In this document: positions 51,079 through 61,905 of the stretch, piece after piece
Numbering within the stretch: position 1 is the stretch's first letter
Layout: every line of letters begins with the position of its first letter
NCBI GenBank assembly: GCA_963734885.1
Contig: CAVTIJ010000008.1
Location: 246,952 to 310,951 of the forward strand
DNA length: 64,000 nt
Reading direction: 5' to 3'
Source: an uncultured Bacteroidales bacterium
GTDB lineage: Bacteria; Bacteroidota; Bacteroidia; Bacteroidales; VadinHA17
Program-made: the position numbers and the translations under genes
The notes under the pieces: model-generated
What the model was told of the DNA's origin: nothing
Databases searched by the model: none
What the model saw: only the letters and a program-made list of their open reading frames with translations

Positions 51079-51986
51079 TTATACCGGTTTTTCATCCATT
51101 GAAGCGAAGGAAATAATATCACCGCTAAGGAACCTCAACCTCTTTTCCCGGGGGGATTGATTTGAAGTTAATTTTAAATGCATTTTTAACAGATTTTTAT
51201 TTTGTCCCTGTTGTGGTTTTAAAAAAACTATCGGGCATTTGCAGTCTGATGATTTATCCAGCATAATGATATCGGCATACAACCGCAACTGGCAATTCCT
51301 TCTCCAAATGTCTTTTAAAATGATGAGAAGATGCATTAATTGTAATTCGGAGGAAGGATCCATGCATTCGTTCCTATTATGAAATTTCAGCTGCATCATC
51401 AACAGGATTTCCATTGGGATGTCAGACTGGTTTCAGCAAACAATTTATGATGCATTTCAACTGAATAATCATCCTTTATATAAACCGGGAAGATGTTTTC
51501 CGATATCAAGTTGTATAGCGGTATGCAGAGGTGATTTTATTAATCCTTGTGAAAATCCATTTTGCTTCAGCAATTCCAGGCTTTAAGTGGCATCTTCTCG
51601 TTTTACAAGGATATCATTATCGGTCATCTGGCGCAACCCTTTAGAATCATAAAGTGTATGTTCCAGTGCCATGCCTTTCAGAAGCACATGTTTTATCCCT
51701 GCATTTGTAAGTATGGTATTTACTTCTTTCCATCGCTCTGTGAGCCATAGGTTACGCACCACACTCTTAATATATCCATTTTCAAGGATTGCCATTGCTT
51801 CCTGAGGAACTTCTTTAGCAGACCGGCTTCTTTAATATTATATGCAGCAAGGGCGATTATCCCATGAGCGTTGATCAGGTTGACAAGTCCAAGCCAATCC
51901 GAAATCTCCATGATAATTTTGAATAGTTGTTCCCGGTTCTTATCCTCATAGGGATAACGACAAAGTAGTAATAGAAGCTCTCGCAT
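51079..51986 (-). pseudogene. nucleotidyltransferase-family (NTP_transf_5-like) gene broken into several frames
   Basis: Collinear pieces are 51720-51986, 51583-51795 (..HVLLKGMALEHTLYDSKGLRQMTDNDILV) and 51079-51414. Confidence 0.45.
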
Positions 51987-52016
51987 AAGGCCAAAGTTAA
52001 TTTATTTTCCACTAAT

Positions 52017-52644
52017 GGTGCAGGGTGCAAGGTGCATGGTGCAGGGTGATTTTCTCAAAGGTGCAAGATGCATGGTGCAGGGTAAATTTTCAAAAAGGTG
52101 CAAGGTGCAGGATGCATGGTGTAGGGTATTTTCATAAAAGGTGCAAGGTGCAGGATGCATGGGTGCAGGGGTGAATTTTTACGTCCTCCAATTATTTTCT
52201 ACATAATCAATATAGGAGTTTATTTTTCTTCCAAGCGTTTCATACTCAGTTGAAAGAGAACTAAAGTCTAATATTTCAGGGTATAAGACAATTAACATTT
52301 CCAATTGACTGAGTGCTTCATCACAGGAAGAGTGGGAATAAACCAGGAATTTTATGTAATCTGCTTTATATCGGCGACGACCATAACCCTCTGTGATTTG
52401 ATCTTTAACACTCTTAGAGGATCTTCTTACCTGACTTCCTTGTTCAAAAAGTTCAAATTTGGGCAATTTAAGAGATGCCTTATGTACCCGGACAGCAAGA
52501 TCAAAAGAAAGCTTGTAGATTTCCAAATCTCTATAACTACTCATAATAAGCACGATGCGAGTCGAGTACCGAAGATAAGAATAATAAAAGTAATATCCAA
52601 TATGCACCTTGCACCTCGCACCCTGCACCCCGCACCCTGCACCA
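52017..52644. mobile_element. putative IVS-like cassette: inverted GGTGCARG/CYTGCACC 8-mer arms around an intact four-helix-bundle gene
   Basis: The left arm (52017-52172, four blocks of 8-mer run plus an AT-rich tail) is inverted relative to the right arm (52604-52644). Confidence 0.45.
52179..52544 (-). CDS. four-helix-bundle protein (23S rRNA intervening-sequence protein family)
   Basis: MSSYRDLEIYKLSFDLAVRVHK...FELFEQGSQVRRSSKSVKDQITEGY...YSHSSCDEA. The track's longer start (52628) merely translates the repeat arm. Confidence 0.75.
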   Translation of the reverse strand: MSSYRDLEIYKLSFDLAVRVHKASLKLPKFELFEQGSQVRRSSKSVKDQITEGYGRRRYKADYIKFLVYSHSSCDEALSQLEMLIVLYPEILDFSSLSTEYETLGRKINSYIDYVENNWRT

Positions 52645-52693
52645 AAAAAGAGCCCTCATACAGACTCTTTTTCTTTTCACCAAAATATCGTTA

Positions 52694-52861
52694 TTACGAG
52701 AAGGGCTTCTCCCCAAACGGACTCTGAAACGGCGTATCATTACTCTTCTGACTGCCTCCACCCCTTGGCGGTGGCGGATTCGGAGTCATCATAACCAGCG
52801 ATATGTTATTGTCAATATCAATTTTAATGACAACAGGGGTTATATATTTTTTCTTCTGCAT
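52694..52861 (-). CDS. small hypothetical protein (55 aa) with a Pro/Gly-rich tail
   Basis: MQKKKYITPVVIKIDIDNNISLVMMTPNPPPPRGGGSQKSNDTPFQSPFGEKPFS. It lies 45 nt downstream of the T9SS protein stop, on the same strand. Confidence 0.3.
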   Translation of the reverse strand: MQKKKYITPVVIKIDIDNNISLVMMTPNPPPPRGGGSQKSNDTPFQSPFGEKPFS

Positions 52862-52905
52862 TAGCAAAATCAGTCCGTGCAATCTTTAGAAGTTAAAAAG
52901 GCAAA

Positions 52906-55722
52906 TTATTTAATGACATTAATTTTAGTAACAAATCTTTGGATTTCTGTCTTGATCTCAACAAGGTATATTCCCTGCGGAACACCAAGCTGAATTTTCT
53001 TCAGATCACCATAGGTCCACTCAATATTATTTTGCGACAATACCTTTCGCCCCATCAAATCATATATGTTTATTGTTCCCTGTTTGCCATCAAGCGTACT
53101 GTTTAAAAGCTGGACGTTTAATTCCTTATCGAAAACATAAACATTAAATGATTTATCAGGAATAATAACATCCGATACTGCACTCTTTGCTGTGCTTATT
53201 GTCAGCAGGAATCTGTCAGCGAACGTGCCGGCAGCTGAGGAAAAGGAGTACCCTGATGTATTGTTCAATTTGATCGTAAAATCTGAATTCATTTTATCGG
53301 TAAGAGTAACTACATAACCTTCAAGTCCCTGCATCTGGGAAGCAATTATTTTATAATCTGAACCTGACTTAAGAATTTCAACAGCTATCGGAATTGTAAC
53401 TGATTCAGCGGGTAATGCGATACCGTTGATCCCAAATTTTTCAGTTCCCACCTGCGAATAAACCTGGTCATAATCTCCGCTTGACGGAAGCAATTTTGGT
53501 GCATCATAATCTTCATCAAATCCATTGGTTGCATTTTCATTGAACCAGATAACTGTTTCATCCTGGTTGCCAGAGTTGTTCAGTTCAAGCTTGATCATTG
53601 GCGCGTCGGAACTGGTTCCTTTGGAATCGCCATCTGATGGATCAAGTCCTCTCTTATATCTGTTCTGACCAGAATGTTGCTTTGCTGCTGAAAAATCGAG
53701 AGACGTTCCTGTTTTACTCGTTTTTACGAGGAAACCCTGCAAAGGAGGGATATTTTTGGTTGCACCGTTTATTCCTGTTGGGGCATTACGGACATACGAA
53801 CCGATCTTATAATTTATAGTATAGTAAACTGAATTCCTTATTCCGGGATCCGATGGTATCACAAGGTTCCAGTCCAGACTGCAGGTAAGGGAATTTCCGA
53901 ACAAATTCCAACCATAAATAGTTGGATCTAACTTGCCTGTTCCGCTATATTGAAGTGGCAGTGATCCGATTGAAGTCTCAAGTGAAGACAGATTTGTGAA
54001 ATTAACGATAGCAAAAGGGTTAGCATGATAAAAACTATATCCCCTGTTTAAGACAAGATCAGAAAAACCAGTGAGTACCTGGCCATAACCATCATGCCAT
54101 ACCCAGCCATCATTATCTGTAGCTCCTGCTACATTTGGAATTTTTGAATCATCATATCGTTGCAGATCAAAAGGATTAATATTGGTGAACATTGTTTTAT
54201 CACCAATATAATTTTTTGGTACAGCAACATAATGCCATTTCCAGGTGTTTGTTCCACCACCACCGGTAAGGTACATTCCGATATTTGCAACTCCGCTCCC
54301 GTTATAATTGCTCATGTTAAGAGAGAATATACCAGTAGCGTTGGATTGCAGATTAATAGTTCCGTTATTTGTGAGCGTGCCAAATGTCGCTTTTGCTCCT
54401 GCTTCGATAATCAAAAATTTTCCGGCACCAACTGTATAATCTAGTGAGGAGGATCCTGTTGGATAATTTGTTGCCCCTGTGGGAATAATAACATCACTTA
54501 AAGAAACAATCGGCGATATATTGCCTTGCCAGTTAGCGGCATCGCTCCAGTCTGTGCTTACTGTTCCCTGCCACCTGCTCAAAATAACCTCATAAGCCCC
54601 GATATCAGTAGGTCCGATACGACTATTTCCGATATAATCAGTAGGTGGAATGGTAATACCAGTATATGTATTTACCCCTGCATCACGACACGGGGAACTA
54701 AATTTAAGTGACCAGTCGTCCATGCAGCTGCATCAGTAAAATGGATCACTCGCAACGTGAGCTTATAATTATTGAATTTGTGGCCTGACCGGTTTTATAG
54801 TTTCAAATCCGCAGGTAACAAAGTTGTTAAATTTGATGAAGCATCCAGCGAATTTGATTCATTGAGATCCCCAGAAAATTGAATTAATGATCCTCAATTT
54901 GCAGAACCGTATGAGTATAACCTGCATCTCCAGGCCGATCTGAATTATTATTCGACAAATGTGCAGTTAACAACTTTTGAAGACATTCATTGTAACTCCA
55001 GATTGCTCCACCTGAATAGCTTGCACTGCTCTTTCCTTTGCTGTAATTGTTATAGAAAATACAGTTTTCAACTATTGCAGTTGAATTAGTATATATAATT
55101 ATAGCCTCCACCACATTCATCGACTCTGTTAGCTATCAAAATACCAATTTCTGACGATTGTATTCCTGTTACTGTACAATAATTACAGCTCCTGCATAAG
55201 ATGCAAAGTTATTACGGAATGTGCATTTTGAAATTACTACATTATTGAAATCAATTTGTATAGCTCCTCCTGCTATAGTGGTTGGGCGCTGGTTCCTGTT
55301 GAATAGCCATATTCAAAAATACAATTATCAAATGTAGATGAAGCAGGTGTTCCGGTCATGTTTTGAAATGAAATATGACCCCAGTGACTTTTTCCCGGAT
55401 CTTTTGTAAATGTGACAGGGGTGCCAGATCCTCCAGTGCATTAACTGCCCGGTCCCTGTTAATAAACAAATCAGATGTCAGTTGTGTAAAAATTACTGTT
55501 ATCCCCGGATTAATTGTTAAATGTCCCCCGGTATTTATTGTAAGATCCGGATTTGCAGGGGTTCCGACATACACAGTAGATCCGATATATTGGACTACCC
55601 GGTGACCATGTGACATTAGTTGAGATTGTTCCATAGAAAGGATTCCCGGATGATCCATCTCCCTGTGCAGTTAGCCTGTAAAGTAATAACAATAAATGAG
55701 ACAATAATAAGAATCTTTTTCA
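52906..55722 (-). pseudogene. secreted right-handed beta-helix protein with a T9SS C-terminal sorting domain. The N-terminal third is broken into several frames.
   Basis: Signal peptide MKKILIIVSFIVITLQA at complement 55722. Beta-helix repeat fragments at 54884-55120 and 55356-55658. An intact 605-aa C-terminal part ends GIYLVEIKTEIQRFVTKINVIK. Confidence 0.65.
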
Positions 55723-56007
55723 TATCAAGGTATATTTCATAATCAGACTGTCTAAATCTTCAATTAGTTGCATCATGAACTTTGAGAATCAGTTTAGTCT
55801 GCAAATATAATATTTAATATGCAAATGAATACAGAGATTATGTTAAAAATCAGTGAATTGTGCATAGGCAGTTAGGAGAAGTTTGCAAATATGATAAACC
55901 GTGAGTATCATGAATCCAACCGCTATCATCGCTTATCTGCTCACTATTCCTTAACTAAAATTCATAGCCATAAAAAATCATTGTATCGATTTGGAAAATA
56001 GAAAACA

Positions 56008-56595
56008 ATGAGTAAGTTTGCTACTCATAAACCTGACCTGATGTTAAACAGCCTGATTACCTCACAAACCAGGATAAAACTGCTTAAGAAATTCTTTCTT
56101 AACCGCAGTACTAAAGCCCACCTGAGGGGCCTGGAATCGGAATTTGGAGAATCCTCCAATGCAATCCGTCTTGAACTGAACCGGTTTGAAGAAGCCGGTC
56201 TTTTAAATTCTCTCAAGGAAGGCAATAAAAAAGTTTACCAGTCAAATCCTGATCATCCTTTGTATAAGGATATTCATAATTTAATTCTAAAAGAAACCGG
56301 GATTGACAGGGTTATTGAAAAAGTAATACACCGTATAGGAACCTTGATGTTTGTGTATCTCACCGGTGATTTTGCCAGGGGGAAAGATAGTCCGGTAATT
56401 GAACTGATACTGGTTGGAGCAGACATTGACCGTGAATACCTGGCACGAAAAGTCGGGCAGGCTGAAGAGCTTGTCGGAAGAAAAGTCAGTTATATTGTAC
56501 TGGAACCGGGTGAAGCAGAAGATTATCTAGGAAAGTTTAAACCAAGCGATCTTCTTCCTCTCTGGAAAACAAATAAGACCGAATTAGTTAAATAA
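56008..56595 (+). CDS. winged-helix (ArsR-like) transcriptional regulator with a C-terminal nucleotidyltransferase-like domain
   Basis: SQTRIKLLKKFFLN...HLRGLESEFGESSNAIRLELNRFEEAGLL is a wHTH. The C-terminal YLTGDFARGKDSPVIELILVG resembles an inactive NTase fold. Confidence 0.5.
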   Translation: MSKFATHKPDLMLNSLITSQTRIKLLKKFFLNRSTKAHLRGLESEFGESSNAIRLELNRFEEAGLLNSLKEGNKKVYQSNPDHPLYKDIHNLILKETGIDRVIEKVIHRIGTLMFVYLTGDFARGKDSPVIELILVGADIDREYLARKVGQAEELVGRKVSYIVLEPGEAEDYLGKFKPSDLLPLWKTNKTELVK

Positions 56596-56721
56596 TAAAT
56601 ATAGTGTTTTATCACGTACACATAAATAAACGTGATGATAATTAGCACTATAACACCTTGTTAGCCATATAAAACTATGTGACTGACGGGGCGAAAGCTG
56701 CCGGACCAATCTGGTTCTATA

Positions 56722-57455
56722 ATGAAAATTGTTAATGCATACTGGGATGAAAAGATTTCCGGATATAAGACATGTGAAATATTATTTGAAAAGCACGATA
56801 CTTATCAAGACTATCTAAATGCAGAAATAGAAAGAAATTTTAAATTCTCCGTTGTTAAAATACCGATCGGGAATCTGAAATTAGTTCATCAGTTGGAAGA
56901 TTTCGGATATAGATATCTGGAAAACCAATTGTTCCTGTCTTTTAATGTTGAGCAGTTGGAATATTTGAATTTAAAGTGGAACAGGCTATTTATCTGGATT
57001 TACTTATAAACAATGGCCTCTGAAGAAGAATTTAAATCCCTCACTGATCATGTCAGCGATAAAATGTTTGAAGCAGACAGGTATTCGCAGGACCCGATCT
57101 GGACAAGAGAGTTATCTTCAAAAAGATATGTAAACTGGATAAATGAACAATTTGAATCTGGCATTCAAAGTTTTATATTATGATAAGAAGCGGGAAAGAG
57201 GTCGGGTTTTTCGCGATAAAAAAAGAATCAGAAAAACAAACAGTTGTCCGATTGCAGGAATTTATAACCAACATAAAAATTCCGGGATATATTTTTGTAC
57301 TGGTTCATAATATACTGACAATAAGTAAAGTGAAGGTGCTAACAAATTTATAACATCAATATCCTCAAATAACCGTAATCTTTTAAGTTCATTTTCAAAG
57401 ATCTTCAATTTTAAAGTCAATGATACTTTCATTGTTTTAAGAAAGACTATTCAAT
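56722..57455 (+). pseudogene. WecD-like GNAT acetyltransferase candidate, several frame breaks
   Basis: N-terminal MKIVNAYWDEKISGYKTCEI...; later pieces (..FEADRYSQDPIW.., ..EVGFFAIKKE..) lie in other frames. It sits next to a WecE-like aminotransferase. Confidence 0.4.
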
Positions 57456-57469
57456 AGATCATAATAGTC

Positions 57470-58367
57470 ATGAGATTGTCATTAATAATACCGGTTTACA
57501 GAGGGAAAGAAATCTTATTTGAACTTTTCAGGAGGATCGATGAAACTCTGGATGCAAAATATGAATTTGAAGTATTATTTATTTGTGACGTTGTGATAAT
57601 GAATCTTTACATGTAACAGACGAATTGATTAGAGATTATCCTTCCCAATTAAAAGTGTACAAATTGGCAAAGAACTATGGTCAGCACAGGGCAATACAAT
57701 TTGGTTTCACAAAAGCAACAGGAGATTTTATTATCACAATTGATGAAGATCTTCAGCAAAACCCTTCCGACATTCTGACTCTGATTGAGAAGCAGAAGGA
57801 GGCTGATTATGATATTGTCTATGGAAGATTCGCAAATCCTAAACACAACAGAAGGAGAAACATTATCTCAGCTTTTACAAGGAAAGTGCTTAAACATTTC
57901 ATACCCTCAATTTGCAAGGAGTATTCTCCATATCGGACTTATCAGGAGGGAGATAGCAACCAGAACGTCAACAATGGGGTGCCCTATGTTTTCATAGATG
58001 AGCTTCTGAGCAGGATTACAAAAAATATTGCATTTGTTGATGTTAACCATTTTAAAAGACCATCAGGGTAAAAGTTCATACACCTTTAGTAAGATTGTTA
58101 GAAATGGTTTATACATTTTGCTGGCATATTCAAGCTTAACTTATTGGTTACTGGTTCTGGCAGGACTATTTCTGATACCAGGAATATCTTTATTTATTGT
58201 GAGCCATATTTCAACTTATTACATTAGGACCAGGATATTAATCAGATACAACAACAATTCCAATTCTCGGAGTTGGGTTACTGTTTCTTATATTTAGTTT
58301 AATAGGGACATTCATAAATTTCAGAAATATCAGATCAAATTCTAAAAAGTGTAAGATTTGCCGATGA
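57470..58367 (+). pseudogene. family-2 glycosyltransferase with C-terminal TM helices, several frame breaks
   Basis: MRLSLIIPVYRGKE, KNYGQHRAIQFG and ITIDEDLQQ (the DxD region). The C-terminal TM part lies in other frames. Confidence 0.65.
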
Positions 58368-59504
58368 AAATTCCATTTAATATCCCTTACCTCCCGGGTA
58401 ATGAAGATGAATATTTAAGAGATGTTCTGAATCAGCCGTGCGATGTTAACAGGAATAGCTATACCAATAAATGCATAACATTAATTAAAGAGAAATTCAA
58501 TTACAGAAATCTTTATCTTACCTCTTCATGTACGTCGGCGCTTGAGACATGTGCGCTTGTTCTTGATATAAAAAAGGACGATGAAATAATTATTCCTTCA
58601 TATACATTCCCATCAACTGCAAATGCTTTTATCAGACAAGGCGCTGATTTGGTTTTTGCCGACAGCAGGGTCGACCATCCCGGAATCGATGAGGATAAAA
58701 TTGAATCATTAATTACAGACAAAACAAAAGCCATTGTTCCCGTACACTATGCCGGCGTTGCCTGTAATATGGATAAGATAATGAGTATTGCTTCAAGGTA
58801 TGGGCTTTATGTCATCGAAGATGCAGCCCATGCTTTCGATAGTTCATATCTTTCTAAACCTCTTGGAAGTTTCGGTCACATGGGTTGTCTTTCATTTCAT
58901 CAAAGCAAGAATCTGCAATGCGAAGCCGGGGGTGCGATTATTATAAATGATGAAAGGTTAAGAGATCGTGTTGTGTCTGTTCTCGAGAAAGGAACCAACA
59001 GGAAAGAATTTGATTCGGGTAAAATCGAACGATATGAATGGGTAGACATAGGTTCTGCATATCGAATGTCAGAGATTACATGCTGCTTTCCTCTATGCGC
59101 AGTTAGAAAAGTCAGACTGGATCAAAAGCAGGAGACTCATGCTATGGAATTTTTATTTTAATGATTTGAAAACCCTGGAGGACAAAGGATTAGTGAAATT
59201 GCCTTCCATCCCGGAATACGCAGATCATAATGCACATACTTTTTATCTGGTATTGAATAATCAAAAAATGTTGAATGATCTGAAAGATTTTCTTATTGCC
59301 AAAGAAATTCAGGCAGTAGTACATTACACATCACTCGATAAAAGTATTTTCTGGGCAAAGAACCATAAACCTGATGGCAAAAACGTTAACAGTCTTCACT
59401 ATAACGATTGCCTCCTGCGGTTGCCATTATATAATTCAATGACGGAAGATGAGATTCACTTTGTAATTGGAAATATTTTAGATTTTTTTCATGTCCGGAA
59501 TTAA
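58364..59504 (+). CDS. DegT/DnrJ/EryC1-family aminotransferase, WecE-like (frame break near 59130)
   Basis: IPFNIPYLPGNEDEYL, VPVHYAGVACNM and SFHQSKNL (PLP lysine). The ATG overlaps the GT2 stop (ATGA). Confidence 0.75.
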
Positions 59505-60975
59505 ACTGATAAGATTAAATTCGATTATAGTGAAAAATTGGCGTATGGCTTTATTTTGCCTGCTTCTCCTGAACTTTGCCCTGAGGCTCTTTATCTACGG
59601 CCATACGACTCTTTTTAGTTTTTCTGATTACAAGCTATATTTAGCCGGAGTGGAAAAAATTCATGATGGAGAAAGCATAAAGATACTTAGCGGCAATTTT
59701 CTTTTTACAATATCATATATTGGATATTTTGCCAAGTATGTTTTGGGGAGCTTAAATTTCTTTTTTGTCTTCAATTGTTTGCTGGGACCTTAACAACTTA
59801 TTTTGTATCCTCATTTATAATAAGTTTGTCCGGAAATCCATTAGCAGGTATAGTTACAGCTGTGATTCTTACTTTTTACACTGAGTTTATGGTTTTTTCT
59901 TCAGTATTCTATACCCCTGTAATCTCTCTCTTTCTTCTTATAATAATAGTCTGGCTTTTGTTCAGTTACTTTAAATCATTAATAAATCTGTCCTTTTTCC
60001 TTATCCTGACCGGAATTCTTATAGTTTTTTTAATAACATTTCTATTTAAACCGGAGCTTGTTTTTTTTCCTGTTTTTTTACTGCTGCTGACTTTATTGTT
60101 GTACAGGAAACAAAGAACCATTTTCATACGGAATATTGTTCTGGTCTTTATATTTATTGCTGGGAATCCTGATTAATAAAGGCGACTGGAATATATAAGA
60201 GATCAGATGATTCAGTTATTTCAAATGATTTTGTATTTTTTGGTCATACCGATTACGGAGGTGCAGGAGGCGAGGGTAGTTTTGTAAATCCTGAAAATAA
60301 AATCAGGTACGATGAAGCATTGGCGGTTTATTGCAAAGAACATGGATTAACAAACCCAACAGTAGAGGACCGTAATCGATTTCAAATCCAGGAAATAAAA
60401 AAATTTATTACCCATCATCCCCTGAAATGGATAAAACTTCAGTTCACAAAATTCTTCAGAACATTTGGTGTTGTTCCCGAAACTACAAGCTTCAAAGTAC
60501 TCTATACTGGATTTTTTAAAGGTCATCTCTGGCTAACATCATTCATTGTAGTTGCACCGGTTGCTATAATAATAATCCTATTTATTTTATTCTTTAACTT
60601 ACAAGCAATAAGAGATTTGATCACCCACCTCGCACCGCGCACCTCGCACCCCGCACCGCGTACCGTGCACCCCTTTCTTTGCAGTCTACTTGCTGCTGTT
60701 CGTCTACTACCTGATCGCCTCGCATCTTCTTCGGCCAGTACCAGGAACGCTATCGCCTGCCACTCATGGTTGTCTTTATTATTCCTGCTTTAGGCTTTTT
60801 TATAGCATCATTTAACAAAGCTCAATTTTTAAAAAGGAGTTCCCTGGTAATAAAAGGTGCAGTTATAATATTATTTCTGGCAATCTGGACTTTCCAGGCT
60901 GAGAACGCAATATCCAACAAAGAACGACTAAATAATGCCCTGGAATCAGTCAAACAAATAAAACCTAACCCTTGA
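59491..60975 (+). pseudogene. polytopic GT-C (ArnT/PMT-like) membrane glycosyltransferase candidate, with frame breaks and an internal 8-mer array
   Basis: Multiple TM segments across ORFs 59491-59793, 59775-60176, 60320-60793 and 60766-60975. The conserved-looking ..FGQYQERYRLPLMVV.. is in a different frame from the upstream part. Confidence 0.4.
60625..60673. repeat. CGCACC-type 8-mer array inside the GT-C reading frame
   Basis: ccacctcgcaccgcgcacctcgcaccccgcaccgcgtaccgtgcaccc. It translates as APRTSHPAPRTVHP within ORF 60320-60793. Confidence 0.75.
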
Positions 60976-60987
60976 CTACCATCAGCC

Positions 60988-61052
60988 CTCACCTCGCACC
61001 GCACCTCTGCACCCTGCACCCTGCACCTTGCACCCTGCACCCTGCACCTCAC
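60988..61052. repeat. CTGCACC-type 8-mer array, same orientation as 60625-60673 and 52604-52644
   Basis: ctcacctcgcaccgcacctctgcaccctgcaccctgcaccttgcaccctgcaccctgcacctcac. It begins 13 nt after the GT-C stop. Confidence 0.8.
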
Positions 61053-61091
61053 AAAAAAATTTATCTTTAACCAGTCTTAAAGCCTGATATA

Positions 61092-61862
61092 ATGAAAAAA
61101 ATAAATCTCATCATATTCCTTTATTCTTTTGCCGGGTCCTGTACCAGTCAGAAAAAACTCGCCTACCTCAATAATCTTCCTGCCTAAATGGCGAAGAGAA
61201 TTTCAAATGGATATTCCGGATTATAAAATTCAGCCTCGAGATATATTGTATATAACTGTCAGGGCAATGAACTCCGGATGGAATAATAACAGATTTTTTA
61301 TCAGGAGGAAGGACTATAACAGGCAGCAATAATATGCAATATGAATCAAGTCAGTTTATTCAGGATATGATGTTGATTCCAAAGGGAATATTATTCATTC
61401 CTGTAGTTGGTGAAATTAAAGCTGAGGGTTTCACACTTGGAAAACTTAAGAGATTCCTTGCAGGTAAAATTCGTGAAAAATTATCCGAATTCAACTGTTG
61501 AATGCAAATTGCTAAGTTTTAAATTTACAGTAATAGGTGAGATCAGAGCTCCCGGAACTTATATAAATTACAATAATTATCTTACAGTTCTTGAAGCAAT
61601 TGGTAGTGCAGGAGGAATAGGTGATTATGGAAGAAGAGACAGAATTCTTGTTATAAGGCCTACGAAGGAGGTACAAAAACTTTCAGACTTAATCTGCAGG
61701 ACAAAAAAATCCTTTCAAGCGAAGCTTATTTTCTTCTTCCAAATGATGTAGTAATTGTTGAACCGGAATCAAAAAAAATATTTAATCTGAATGTTCCTAC
61801 TTTATCATTTGTTCTTACAACTGTAACTTCTGCTATAACAACAACTCTTATTATTAATTAAT
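61092..61862 (+). pseudogene. Wza/BexD-like polysaccharide export outer-membrane protein, many frame breaks
   Basis: Lipoprotein-like start MKKINLIIFLYSFAGSC. The fragments YKIQPRDILYITV, VVGEIKAEGFTLGKLK, GEIRAPGTY and LLPNDVVIVEP lie in different frames. Confidence 0.6.
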
Positions 61863-61905
61863 TTTTTAGGTAAATAAATTGGTACTTGATTTTCATTAAT
61901 TCTGC

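Noticed and set aside
48441-52644. Diversity-generating retroelement, because DGR Avd proteins are four-helix bundles related to IVS proteins
   Set aside because: No reverse transcriptase gene and no template/variable repeat pair is visible anywhere in the window.
52537-52794. ORFs 52537-52761 (-) and 52609-52794 (+), and the N-terminal extension of ORF 52179-52628
   Set aside because: They overlap or translate the CYTGCACC arm and the spacer next to it. No motif is present, and they conflict with the better-supported four-helix-bundle start at 52544.
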